DNA of 51,915 nt from Verrucomicrobiota bacterium (GCA_031400955.1 JANNQW010000167.1:1-51915); one strand, 5' to 3'. Numbered from the stretch's first letter, positions 28,256 through 38,200 are shown. Translations and numbers: made by a program. The notes: generated by a model from the sequence alone, not told the origin.

Positions 28256-29941
28256 TTAGAAGTCGGCCTGGACGCGGAAGGTGATGAAGTAACTGTCCAG
28301 ATCCGCATTGGCTTGTTTGTCGAGCGGCATGCCGGCATCGAGCGAGGCATTGAGATGTTTCAGCAACTTCAGACGAGTTCCAAAGCCGAAGCTTTGAAGC
28401 GTGGAGTTATCAATCTGCTCGGGCAGCGGATCGATGAGCGTGAGGCGACCGCCGTCATAGAAGGCATACACGCGCCATTCATTCCCCTTGCTTTCCCACT
28501 TGTGGAGCAGTGAAGGACTGCGGAGTTCCACGGTGCCGAAGATGCCATTGTCACCCAGCGCCGTGGCCTCGAGATAGCCGCGAACGGTGCTGAGGCCGCC
28601 CCCGGCATATTGTTCGCTGTTGATTAAGGGAGCACTCGATGCCTGGCCCTGCACCTTGACGAATGCCTGGAAACCTCCCGGCAGATCGTGAGTGTGCGAA
28701 AGGTCTCCCCGGAAATATAGATAACTGCCGTCCGCGTTGTAACGTTTGTAATCAAAATTCTCGGGTTCGCTCCCAACGCCGCGCAAATTCCAGTTCATCG
28801 AGGCGTTGAGCTCGGTGAAGCTCTTCTTGCCCGTCAGGCCGGCACCATAACTTATGGTGAACGGATAATAATCAATCGGCGCGGTGGTGAGCTGGCCGGC
28901 CAGCGTGACGTCTTCGTCGAAGTGCTTGTAATCCCAGCCCAAGCTCAGCGAATGAAAGAATCCTTCACGCTGCGGCAGCGTGAAGACCGCGCGCAATCCT
29001 AAAATCTGGCCTTTGCCGGCCACTGCCGCGCCGCCGAGGGTCGAGACATTACTGTCCTGCTTGGTTCCCTGAAACATCAAGCTGAGGTTATCCACGCCGG
29101 GAAACGGCATGAAGTAATAAGCTGAGTAAACCGTGGCATCCGCAGGCCGTTCCGGTGCCACCTGGAAGCTGGCATTGATCGTGTGACCCGCCTGCCACAG
29201 GTTACTGTAACTGATCGAGCCATTCAGCCGGAGTGGCGTGGTGTCCGCGCTGTATCGATTATTCAGTTCTAAAGCGCCATGCACCGGCAGGGTGTCTTTG
29301 ACGTTTAAATCGATATCCACGGTTCCGGGCTCCACCCCCGCTCGCAGAGCCGGAGTTACCCGCAAATCCGCCAGCTTGTTAAGCGCCACGACATCACGCG
29401 TCACGTCGGTGAAGTTGGGCACTCCGCCTTCCTTCATGGACTCGGCTTTTTTCTTGATGTCGCTCGGCAGAAAATAGCGTGAACCTTTGACCCGGAGTCG
29501 CCCGACCGGTGCTTCTACCACCTGAAGCACCACGATGCCGCGATGGGTCGGCGGCGCAGCCACCTGAACACTCACCGTCTGATAGCCCGCGTCACGATAA
29601 GCTTTTTCTAAAGCGGCGCGGGCTTGCTCGATGTCATCTTGTGATCGTTCCGGTCCAAGGTAGGGATAAACCGCCCTTTCAACTTCGAGTGGTTTCAAGT
29701 GCTTGGACCCCAGCACCCGATACTCGCGGAGATAATAGCTCTGGGACGGAGCTGGCTGTTTGCCAGCTAAAGGCAGCTTATCGCCAGCTATAGGTGGCTG
29801 TTCGCCTGTAACTGCTGAATTCGCTTTTACTTGAAACAAGCATAGAAGCACCAAAATAACCGCGTCGCAATATCGGCGCACACTTAAGCAACCCGCGGGA
29901 TGGCGCGAGAAAGGAGGCTTGAGTGTGCTCGGTTTGATCAT
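28256..29941 (-). CDS. TpsB two-partner-secretion transporter (ShlB/FhaC/HecB family, POTRA + 16-strand barrel)
   Basis: Signal peptide, POTRA-like YYLREYRVLGSKHLKPLEVERAVYPYLG…IEQARAALEKAYRDAGYQTVSV…VEAPVGRLRV, the conserved Omp85/TpsB L6 motif GGLSTVRGY, and a C-terminal aromatic (…FRVQADF). Confidence 0.85.
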   Translation of the reverse strand: MIKPSTLKPPFSRHPAGCLSVRRYCDAVILVLLCLFQVKANSAVTGEQPPIAGDKLPLAGKQPAPSQSYYLREYRVLGSKHLKPLEVERAVYPYLGPERSQDDIEQARAALEKAYRDAGYQTVSVQVAAPPTHRGIVVLQVVEAPVGRLRVKGSRYFLPSDIKKKAESMKEGGVPNFTDVTRDVVALNKLADLRVTPALRAGVEPGTVDIDLNVKDTLPVHGALELNNRYSADTTPLRLNGSISYSNLWQAGHTINASFQVAPERPADATVYSAYYFMPFPGVDNLSLMFQGTKQDSNVSTLGGAAVAGKGQILGLRAVFTLPQREGFFHSLSLGWDYKHFDEDVTLAGQLTTAPIDYYPFTISYGAGLTGKKSFTELNASMNWNLRGVGSEPENFDYKRYNADGSYLYFRGDLSHTHDLPGGFQAFVKVQGQASSAPLINSEQYAGGGLSTVRGYLEATALGDNGIFGTVELRSPSLLHKWESKGNEWRVYAFYDGGRLTLIDPLPEQIDNSTLQSFGFGTRLKLLKHLNASLDAGMPLDKQANADLDSYFITFRVQADF

Positions 29942-30057
29942 TCAGGGAAATTTGGCAGCTTCCCCTATCTCACTGGGTAAAGGTTGAGCCAAGACGGTCA
30001 AAGTGACGATTCCGTCACTCAATATTTGAGCTTGGAAGATGTCGTAAGCGGGTTTTT

Positions 30058-30076
30058 GACAGAATTAACAGAATTA
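30058..30076. promoter_or_regulatory. Tandem 9-mer ACAGAATTA x2, ~120-135 nt upstream of the tpsB start (candidate operator)
   Basis: g-acagaatta-acagaatta read directly. The half-site ACAGAAT recurs in the tpsA-FGE spacer (35088-35207). Confidence 0.3.
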
Positions 30077-30083
30077 GAACATA

Positions 30084-30310
30084 ATAAATAATTATGTAGC
30101 CGTTTTCACGATGATGATTTTATGTTTTGGGAGAAATTTTGGAGCGCACGCGCCCTCGCGAAGGGTCAAACGCAAACCTTTGATGCCATATCGTCAGGGG
30201 ACATCCGCAGGAAGTCCGCGAAGGCGCAGACTTCTGCACGCGGGGCGCGTGCGCTCCAAGAACTCCAACGCACACGCCACCTGGCTACGAATTTATTTAA
30301 ACCGCTCTAA
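30084..30310 (+). repeat. MITE-like structured repeat, copy 1 (~227 bp)
   Basis: Near-identical to 31321-31574. It has an internal perfect 17-bp inverted repeat, ttggagcgcacgcgccc (30139-30155) / gggcgcgtgcgctccaa (30243-30259), and AT-rich imperfect terminal inverted repeats (…taaataattatgtagcc / ggctacgaatttatttaaaccgct). Confidence 0.75.
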
Positions 30311-30466
30311 CAAGAAGGGGGTGCGATGAAACAACCATTCATCCATCAGGAGAGCGCGATTTTGTTTGCAAGCGCCTCTCTCCCAATCGTGCTCATCCCA
30401 TAAATCCTGTCCATTTCCCCTATTCGGATTAGCCCACAAAATGCGGCCGCCCGGCACCCTTTCGAA

Positions 30467-31264
30467 CTACCGTTTCGGGGTGAGGCGATCTGCGGTGATG
30501 ACGCTGGATTTCTTACTGCCGACAAAGGATCGCGTAATCTTCGAAGATCTGATGTCGCTTGTGTTGATCACGCTTGAATCCGGGACGGCCACGATCTGAG
30601 TCGACGGCCTGTATTGCCAGGCTACCACACGCCAGGCCGAAAACAAAATCATCATCACACCCACACAGGCGATCAATATTTGCAAGGTTACGATTGGCCG
30701 TCTCGAAGGGATTGCCTTCCCGAGGGAAGTGGCCTGATTTAGGGTGCTTAAGGTGCTGATCTGGGGCGATGATTCGAGATACCGGATTGGCAGATGGCTT
30801 GCAGCAGCGCTTCTCTTGGCGTAAGTCTTGGCATTGTATGCCATGTCGACGTTTTCGACAATCGTGGCAGTCCCCTGGAAGGGCACGCCGTCCACTTCGT
30901 AAGTGTAGCAATAGCTTTTGCGCACCACTTTACATGCCTTGCCAGTCAGATGGCGTAGAAAATTAACCGGCCTGACCTCGATGGACCTGTCAGTCAACTC
31001 GGCTGTCGCGGATATCCAGGGCCCGCGCTTCAAGCGCATATCCTGCAATATACGCGCCACCCACACTGAGGCCATCCAGATGATCCCACAGGCGGCTAGA
31101 ATGCCAGCCGACCACACGGCGGTCTCGGACAGATTTAAGGCAGCAAGACAAGCCTGCGATCCGGAAGCATCAAACAAATTTGCTATCGAAAAGTTGAACA
31201 TGCGCCAGATCATATCTGGACAATGTTGAATGCCGAGTTTTTGAATGTTACTATTTCGCCTCAT
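30467..31264 (-). CDS. Small membrane protein, DUF3592-like (two TM helices flanking a beta-rich domain)
   Basis: TM (AVWSAGILAACGIIWMASVWVA), then a …KVVRKSYCYTYEVDGVPFQGTATIVE… core, then a second TM (IVTLQILIACVGVMMILFSAW). Start uncertain (ATG 31264, 31213 or 31201). The N-terminal 96 codons of the ORF-track model run through repeat copy 2 and were discarded. Confidence 0.45.
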   Translation of the reverse strand: MRRNSNIQKLGIQHCPDMIWRMFNFSIANLFDASGSQACLAALNLSETAVWSAGILAACGIIWMASVWVARILQDMRLKRGPWISATAELTDRSIEVRPVNFLRHLTGKACKVVRKSYCYTYEVDGVPFQGTATIVENVDMAYNAKTYAKRSAAASHLPIRYLESSPQISTLSTLNQATSLGKAIPSRRPIVTLQILIACVGVMMILFSAWRVVAWQYRPSTQIVAVPDSSVINTSDIRSSKITRSFVGSKKSSVITADRLTPKR

Positions 31265-31320
31265 ACCATTTGAGAGGATCAACCTAAATACGGAGCTGAT
31301 AGCGAATAGTCGATACCACG

Positions 31321-31574
31321 AGCGGTTTAAATAAATTCGTGGCCGTTTCCACGATGCTATTTTCTTTTTGTGCGAGAAATTTTGGAGCGCACGCGCCCTC
31401 GCTTGCCGCCCTTCGCGCCCTCGCGAAGGGTCAAACGCAAACTTTTGATGCCATATCGTCAGGGGACACCGCAGGAAGTCCGCGAAGGCGCAGACTTCTG
31501 CACGCGGGGCGCGTGCGCTCCAAGAACTCCAGCACGCACACCATCTGGCCACGAATTTATTTAAACTGCTCTAA
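31321..31574 (+). repeat. MITE-like structured repeat, copy 2 (~254 bp, carries a 22-nt internal duplication)
   Basis: Same orientation as copy 1. Terminal inverted repeats are agcggtttaaataaattcgtggcc / ggccacgaatttatttaaactgct. There is an extra ttgccgcccttcgcgccctcgc relative to copy 1. Its 3' end overlaps the TAG stop of the TPR-like gene. Confidence 0.8.
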
Positions 31575-33376
31575 TTCAGGGCTTGCTGAAGAAACCATTT
31601 TTCCTCGGGCAAAACGGCGCTTGGGAAAATTTTTTCTGCGATGCGAAAGGCATCGGCGGCGCGACCTGTCGCCTTGAGCAGCCCGGCGAACACAGCGCGC
31701 TGACCAACGGCAAGCCCAGATGCATCCATGCCGTCGAGCCACCGTCTGGCAGCATCCAAGCTGCCGCATTGGTAGGCTGACAAGGCCCAGATCAGACGTT
31801 GCGAGGAAAGTGTTCCTTCAATTGGAACGTCTTTTTGCTCTGGGGAAAAACGATTCAGCACTGGCTCGATGTCCCGACCGGTCAAGAGTCGCAAATATGT
31901 CGCCTCGTCAACATAGGGCACCATTCCCGGCTGAGCCTCGAGAATGGAATCCGCCGTGGTCAACAGGTCATCCGTCAGCCCCATTGCCTTCTGAAGACGA
32001 TAGGTGCGTTGCAGAACCCCCAGGCGCATGATCAGGTTTGGAGACGAAAAACTCATCAGCGCCTGGAGCTCCATTTGAGGACGATTCAATTGTCCCGCCT
32101 GGTCGGCCACACGAATCAACTCGAACGCGTCCTTCGCGGTGCGCGCGAAGGTCAATGCGACCGCGAGATGGCCGTCGATCACCTCCACGGACTCGCCCAA
32201 GCCCTGAGCGCATAAAGCCTTCATCAAGGCTGCATCTTTATTTTCGATCGGCAGCGAGGGCCTTGTCAGCAAGGATGAAAAGGTGCTCCAATCTCGCTTC
32301 ATGATCAGGGCTTCACCATAAGCCAGAAACAGGTCACGCGATTCGAAGACCACGGCCTTGGGTTCGAAAGCCAACGGAGCCGGCGCTGGTGCTGTGGCCG
32401 AACCGGCGGTCTTCGCAGCTTTATTTTCACTCAAGTCATTTAGGATTATTTCCGCCCGCCCCATTTTTGCCAGCCAAGTATAGTATTCCGCGCAATCCTC
32501 CGGGTTTTTTCCTGCGACACGCTGCGCCTCTTCCAGAACCAGTTCATCGGCCAGCGCAGGCTGCTGCCTCGCGCAAGCCGACAAAATCGCCAGCCGGTCC
32601 GTGTTGTTGATGCCGGAACTCGATGAAAGTATGGCCCGGACATCCAATATTTCGGAACCGGAAAACGGCTGGGTCGACAGGGCCAGCAGGGCCTTGGAGG
32701 CCAGCTTGCCGCCACCGCGGCTCAGCTCCCAGAGCGTGTGTCGAGCCTCCTCGCGAATCTCGTCGAAGGCCGAAGTCTGCTTCATTTTAGCGAGCCTGAA
32801 CCTCGCATCCGGATCATTAGGAGATCTTTCCAGGGCGATTCGCAGGAGCTTTTCCGACTCTTGTTCACGACCTTCGATCATCAGCAGGTCAGCTTCGATT
32901 TCGAGAGTCCTCGGCTGCTGCCGCACCTCGACAGGCAGTGTCTCCAGAACGTGGCGTGCCGCCGCGGCCTTGGTTGTTTTAACCAGCGCTGCTGCAAGAC
33001 TGACACTGTCGTCCACCGTAGCCGACGGACCGTTGACAATTTTGTGCCAGAAATTGGCCGCATCAGCAGCTCGCTCAGGAATCTTATCAGACCTTCGCGC
33101 GAGTTCGCGCATGATGTCGGGATCCTGGGGGGCCAACTGCCAGGCTTGAACCAGCAACGCCATGCCTTGATTGATCTCTCCGCTATCAAGCAAACGCGTG
33201 GCATCGGCTTGATAACTCCGGGCCCGTCCCATCGACCACCAGGCTGAAACCCACCGCGCTGTCACCACGATCACCAACAGCACGCCAGCCAGCAAAATAC
33301 CTGCCATGACCTTCTCGCCCCAGCGGGCAGACCGCCTCGATTTGCTCCCAACAATGTTCTTCTCTTCAGAGGCCAT
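31571..33376 (-). CDS. Membrane-anchored all-helical TPR-like repeat protein
   Basis: N-terminal TM (VMAGILLAGVLLVIVVTA) followed by ~550 aa of A/L-rich helical repeats (e.g. GEINQGMALLVQAWQLAPQDPDIMRELARR). The TPR assignment comes from repeat pattern only. Confidence 0.6.
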   Translation of the reverse strand: MASEEKNIVGSKSRRSARWGEKVMAGILLAGVLLVIVVTARWVSAWWSMGRARSYQADATRLLDSGEINQGMALLVQAWQLAPQDPDIMRELARRSDKIPERAADAANFWHKIVNGPSATVDDSVSLAAALVKTTKAAAARHVLETLPVEVRQQPRTLEIEADLLMIEGREQESEKLLRIALERSPNDPDARFRLAKMKQTSAFDEIREEARHTLWELSRGGGKLASKALLALSTQPFSGSEILDVRAILSSSSGINNTDRLAILSACARQQPALADELVLEEAQRVAGKNPEDCAEYYTWLAKMGRAEIILNDLSENKAAKTAGSATAPAPAPLAFEPKAVVFESRDLFLAYGEALIMKRDWSTFSSLLTRPSLPIENKDAALMKALCAQGLGESVEVIDGHLAVALTFARTAKDAFELIRVADQAGQLNRPQMELQALMSFSSPNLIMRLGVLQRTYRLQKAMGLTDDLLTTADSILEAQPGMVPYVDEATYLRLLTGRDIEPVLNRFSPEQKDVPIEGTLSSQRLIWALSAYQCGSLDAARRWLDGMDASGLAVGQRAVFAGLLKATGRAADAFRIAEKIFPSAVLPEEKWFLQQALN

Positions 33377-33387
33377 TTATGCGCAGG

Positions 33388-35049
33388 TTATGGTTTGGCC
33401 GGATTGGATTCCTGAAAATCCAGGACAAGTCTGAAGCCGACATCCGGCAGCGCCTTGCCAGCTTCGACACGTTCCTCGGAATTGATTCGAAGCTTGCTGC
33501 CTTCAGTGGTTTCCCAGGAACCGCCGCAATAAATCCGATTGCTGCCAAGATCACCGCCGACATTGGCGCACCATTCAGCTGCATTCCCCGCAAGTTCATA
33601 AAAACCGAGCGAATTGGGCGGCAGAGACTTCACTGCCATTCTTTCCGTCCGGGCACCTTCAGGAAGCGGTCTGACGTCGATATTGATCAGTTTTGGCGAC
33701 GGCGGCCACTCGGAGCCCCATGGATAAGCCCGCAGTTTCCCCGCCGGATCATTTTCTGAAGCTGCCAGCATCCACTCGGCCTTTAATGGCAGCCGGTAGG
33801 CCGCACTTTGAGGAATCGTCCCGCGCGTCTGCTCCCGCTGAGTCAACCACCGGCAAAAGAGAACTGCTTCGGCCCACGAAACCCCGACGCAGGGATGTTC
33901 CAAGTCCGATCTAAATTGAGAGGCGAGCGTCGATGGATCCTCTGACGCCATCACGAAAGCCTTGTAATCCATCGCCCGAACTTCGTGTTCTCCCAGAAGA
34001 ACTTTGCTTCCCGGAAGCGGCAGCAGTTTTAAGCCAAGAGAATTGACATAGGCCCGCCCTTCCGCAGCCATCGATGCGTCCCCCTTGTCCGGGGCGCCAG
34101 TCTGCGTGCCCTGGAGACGCCGCTCGATCATGGCCCGCTTCACTTCATCTTCGGAAATCACCGGCTTGCTCATGAGAAGATCCCGTTTTTCTTTCCTTTC
34201 AGCGGTCATATTACTTTCAAACTCGGACTTCTTATCGCTATCCGTCAGAACACAGCGGAAGCCGATCCCGGGCACCCGGGTCTCCGCTGCGACAGACAAT
34301 TGGTAAGCCGGATTCATGCATTCCTTGCGCCAATACATCCAGGAGGCACCACGCAGCGTTCCCGATAAAATATCGCCCGCCACCGGATCGAACGTCCACT
34401 CCCATGCATTCCCGCCGAGATCATAAATGCCATCCGCCGTGGATTTGAACCGTCCAACCGGTGCCGTGAATGCGAATCCGTCGTCTTCAGCACCCTCAAT
34501 CCGTGCCCTGTTATAGTTTCCCGCGCCCAAGGGTGGCGGCCAATCGGTTCCCCAAAGAAACGGCTGCGGGGCCGTGGCGGAAACTTGCGTCGCCTTCCTG
34601 CCCGAATCCTTCAGACCGGCCGCCGCGTCCCACTCCGCGTTGGTGGGAAGACGATAACTTTGCGTGGCCTTGAGAAGCCCCGATTCGCGCTCCTTCTCCG
34701 TCAGCCAGTCGCAGAAGTCCATGGCCTCCTCCAGCGTCACATTCACAACCGGATGCGAATCGTCCTGGGAAAAACCCGGACGGTGCACCCATTTCACGCC
34801 AGCGGAAACGACGAGAGCGTTCCAATCCGACACCCGGGTCTCCCAGATGCAGAATCGAACATCCGTGCCTTTGACACTGCGAAACACCATGCCCAGGCCG
34901 TTGCGAAACTCTTCGGCCGCAGCCCCGTTCGGAGTCGCGCTGAGAAGAACGGCTCCGACCATCCCGCAAACAATCCTCCGCCAGAAAAAACCAGAGCGAT
35001 GACTAAGGTGGAGGAGGTGCATGATCATTTGCTGGGTCAAGCCAATCAA
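33388..35049 (-). CDS. Exported protein with two tandem FGE-sulfatase (SUMF1/formylglycine-generating-enzyme-like) domains
   Basis: Domain 1 has HPVVNVTLEEAMDFCDWL…YRLPTNAEWDAAAG…GNAWEWTFD…LRGASWMY. Domain 2 has HPCVGVSWAEAVLFCRWL…YRLPLKAEWMLAAS…GNAAEWCAN…YCGGSWET. N-terminal hydrophobic anchor/signal. Start is TTG 35049 or ATG 35028/35022. Confidence 0.8.
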   Translation of the reverse strand: MIGLTQQMIMHLLHLSHRSGFFWRRIVCGMVGAVLLSATPNGAAAEEFRNGLGMVFRSVKGTDVRFCIWETRVSDWNALVVSAGVKWVHRPGFSQDDSHPVVNVTLEEAMDFCDWLTEKERESGLLKATQSYRLPTNAEWDAAAGLKDSGRKATQVSATAPQPFLWGTDWPPPLGAGNYNRARIEGAEDDGFAFTAPVGRFKSTADGIYDLGGNAWEWTFDPVAGDILSGTLRGASWMYWRKECMNPAYQLSVAAETRVPGIGFRCVLTDSDKKSEFESNMTAERKEKRDLLMSKPVISEDEVKRAMIERRLQGTQTGAPDKGDASMAAEGRAYVNSLGLKLLPLPGSKVLLGEHEVRAMDYKAFVMASEDPSTLASQFRSDLEHPCVGVSWAEAVLFCRWLTQREQTRGTIPQSAAYRLPLKAEWMLAASENDPAGKLRAYPWGSEWPPSPKLINIDVRPLPEGARTERMAVKSLPPNSLGFYELAGNAAEWCANVGGDLGSNRIYCGGSWETTEGSKLRINSEERVEAGKALPDVGFRLVLDFQESNPAKP

Positions 35050-35087
35050 CAGGCGAATCTAGTTTATTAAACTGAAAAAGGAAAATA

Positions 35088-35207
35088 GACAGAATTTACA
35101 AAATAAGCAGAATTGAGAGAGAGGCACTACAAGTGAGCAGCCGCTCACCCAACGGATGAATATGAATTTCTTCATAACTCCATTCTGTTAATTTTGTGAA
35201 TCCTGTC
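35088..35207. repeat. 26-nt imperfect inverted repeat (22/26) bracketing a short GC hairpin in the tpsA-FGE intergenic spacer
   Basis: gacagaatttacaaaataagcagaat (35088-35113) against the reverse complement of attctgttaattttgtgaatcctgtc (35182-35207). The inner hairpin is gtgagc-agcc-gctcac (35133-35148). Confidence 0.6.
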
Positions 35208-35235
35208 TAAAACCCGCACCCTGCGTTTTTCAGGA

Positions 35236-38200
35236 TCAGAGTTTCTTCCGCCGCCGTCTCTCTTCTTCATCATCGTCGTCACTGCCGCCATATCCCAGCA
35301 CTTCGACCGTGATGATCGACGGAGTTTCAACGGGCGTCTGAGCTGTTGCTGGGGTGCTTTGTTTCATGGCATCAGCCGCCGCACTGGTGCTGGCACCGGC
35401 GGCGTTGCCGGCTGCCGTCAGTCCACCGATGTTTGGTGCGCTGACCACGGGCGCGGTGGGAGTGCCCACGCTGCTGCCGCCGACGGCAATGTTGCTGGCG
35501 TTGAGCACGGCGGTGGCGGCGATCGTGAGGTTTCCAGTGGCACGGATGCCCGCATCACCGGCGTCAACGACACCCACGGGAGCGATCAAATCGACATCGC
35601 CGGGAGGAACATTTTTCACCGTCGCCAGCACGCCAATGCCGCCCCCGGTCGAGAGACCTGCAAGGTCGGTGGCGATATCCGCGCTCTGAGGATCGATCAA
35701 GACACGAGTGGGCGGTGCGGAGGCCACAGTCTTCGCTGAAGCGCCCGCAGCAATGTCGCCGGCAGACGACCAGATCACGAGGTTGCCGCCACGCAGGGTG
35801 AAAATGCGGGACACACCCACGTCCACGCTGTCGTTGGTGAAGATGTTGATGCCGCCGCCATACTCGGTGACGATACCAGGCGGCGGATCAGGATTGCCCA
35901 CGATGCTGGCCCCGAGACTGAGTCCGCCGCCCGGGGTGAGGATGTTGATGCTGCCTCCGTTCTTGGTGCGGATGTCGCGAGAGAAAGTAGTGATGTCGCC
36001 TTGCGAGGACTCTGGGAAAAGGGCTTCGATTGCCGCGAATCCCGCAGCATAACCGCCCGCAGTGGCGGAATCGCGGCCTGCATCCCGCAACGCGAGGTAG
36101 AATAGCTCCAGCGCAATGGCATTGCGCTGCTCCAGAGGAAGCAGTTCAAGTTCGGCGACGCTGGTGACGGTGCTCCCGATCCCGGTGGCCGTCGTGGCAT
36201 ATTCTGTAAAATACCGCGCTCCGTCCGGCCCGCTGAGGATCTGATCGATGAACGTGTCGAAATCGAGAGTGCTGTTGGCAAGTCCGAACGATTTGCCCAT
36301 GCCAGCCCCGACGATCAGGCTGGCGCCTTCAAAGGGAAGATAGGGGTTTCGCGCATTGCCAATGCTGGTGATGCCGGCGCCGGTTCCGTCGCCAACTGAA
36401 GCGGCCGCGCCCAGAGACAGATCCCGGCCCGCCAGAACCTCGAGCGTGCCGGGGCCGCTGATCTGGATATCTCCCGCCAACGCCGCCGGCTGTAACGCAT
36501 TCAGCAGATTCCCCGTGCTGGTGGACTGGATGCGTGCCGGAGTGCTGGGATTGTATACGATGATATCCCGGCCTGCCGCAACGATGCTAATGTCGGCCTC
36601 GCTTGTATTCTGGATATACAACGCAATATCGGCGATGTCGTTCCCCGCGAAGACCTGCGCCCGTTTCCCGGAATAGAGCGTGAGGGTGGAGACATCCCCG
36701 CCGAGGGCGTAAAGGCGCACGGGGTTAGAATCGCCGGTATGCAGGACGCCCGGGGCGTGGCGCGTTTGCTTGAACTGGACGACGGCCGCGGCTCCGGTGG
36801 TGGCGCCAGTCTCGACAAAACGATCATTGAACGTGTTCAGAAACGTGTTTTGAGTGGTCCGCATGCCCCCGGCAGACGGGGTCGCAAACAAATTCTGATA
36901 GCCGAAGGGCTGGCTGATGCTGTAGATCGCGGCGGGATCGGTGTCGGACAGGTTGAACGTGGATGCCGACCACAGCCGGGTGGAAACTCCGCTGATGGTG
37001 ACGGTTCCCGTGGGCTGGAGTCCGCCGATCGCTCCTGCGGCCGAAAGTTCGAGGGTTCCGGTCGGCGAAGGGAAAAGCTGGAAATTGCCGACCGTGTTGA
37101 TGTCGCCGGAGAACGCCGTTGCCTTGAGGGTCGGCGCCATCAGATCCATAACCGTCCGGAACGGAGTCACATTGGTTTCCGAAAGTCGGAGCCAGGGTTG
37201 GGAGTTGGACGCGGAAACTTCGCCGGATGTCACCAGCAGCAGCTCCCTGCGAAACCACTCGAAGAGAACGGGCGAGGACGCGCTTCGAGCGGTGGACGGC
37301 AATGTGACCGCCTTGCGCAGGTCGATGTCACCTCCCAGCGAAGTGATTTCGACAGCGCTCGACGGAGAATAGGTGGAGAAGTAAGTCTTATACCAGTAGC
37401 TATTGTTGTAACCTTGTGGGAGGAGGAACGGATTGGCCACGGGGCCAAGCAGCACATCACCGCGCGCGCCCACCGAGAAGTTGCTTTTGCCGACGAAGAG
37501 AGTGGTGGGCAGCCAGGTTTCGGGGGCAAAAATTTCTGGATTGGTCAGGCTGAAGATGATGCCGCGCGAGGGGGAGCGGGTGCGATTGGTGGTGATCGCG
37601 CCTCCGGCGAAGAGGGTGCCGGAACCCCGTTCTACATAGTAGACACCCCCGTCAATATTCCTCCCTGCTTGCACCACAAGGTCGCCGCCTCCGAGCTCCA
37701 CTAGGGAGGCGGCATTGGGTGCGATGGCGGCTCCGCCTACGGTCTTGCCGGGCATGCGCGCATTGGTGGGCACAACTGCGTCGACGTTGCTCACATCTCT
37801 GCCGGCGACGACGGTGACGTCGCCCCCGCCCAAGGCTCCGACACCTTCAAAGAAGTTCGTGAAGTCAACCCACCACGTGGTCGAGGCAATGTCGGAGGGC
37901 ACGTCGCCGATAAACTGATATTTGGAGGGCGCAAAGAGCCCGGTTGTCGAGTCCACGGCACCGCGGCGATAGAGCCAGTTAACTGGCATCTCCCGGGAGG
38001 AATCGGCGATGAGGGAGCCTCCGGTGGCGGTGGTGACGTTGCGAGTGTAGTGCGCGACATCGGCTCCGGCGTTGAGGGTCACGTTGCCGCCCGCCAAGGT
38101 GTATTGCACGGCGGACGGCGGATTCTGCTGAACCGCGCCCAGAGTGCCGGTGAAGGTGCCGTTCATGTTCGGGACCGGCGTGTCGAAGGTGCCTCCCATA

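Noticed and set aside
28256-29941. TonB-box at the mature N-terminus of TpsB (…NSAVTGEQPP…)
   Set aside because: There is only a vague resemblance to the ETxVVTA-type consensus, too weak to claim. It is left as something to test by modelling rather than reported as a feature.
30111-30329. Short ORFs inside the MITE-like repeats (30111-30329, 30122-30310, 31339-31677, 31370-31564) and the N-terminal 96 codons of ORF 30467-31552
   Set aside because: They are duplicated only because the DNA repeat is duplicated. They are Arg-rich nonsense-like peptides spanning the GC-rich inverted repeat, and the 22-nt indel between copies shifts the frame.
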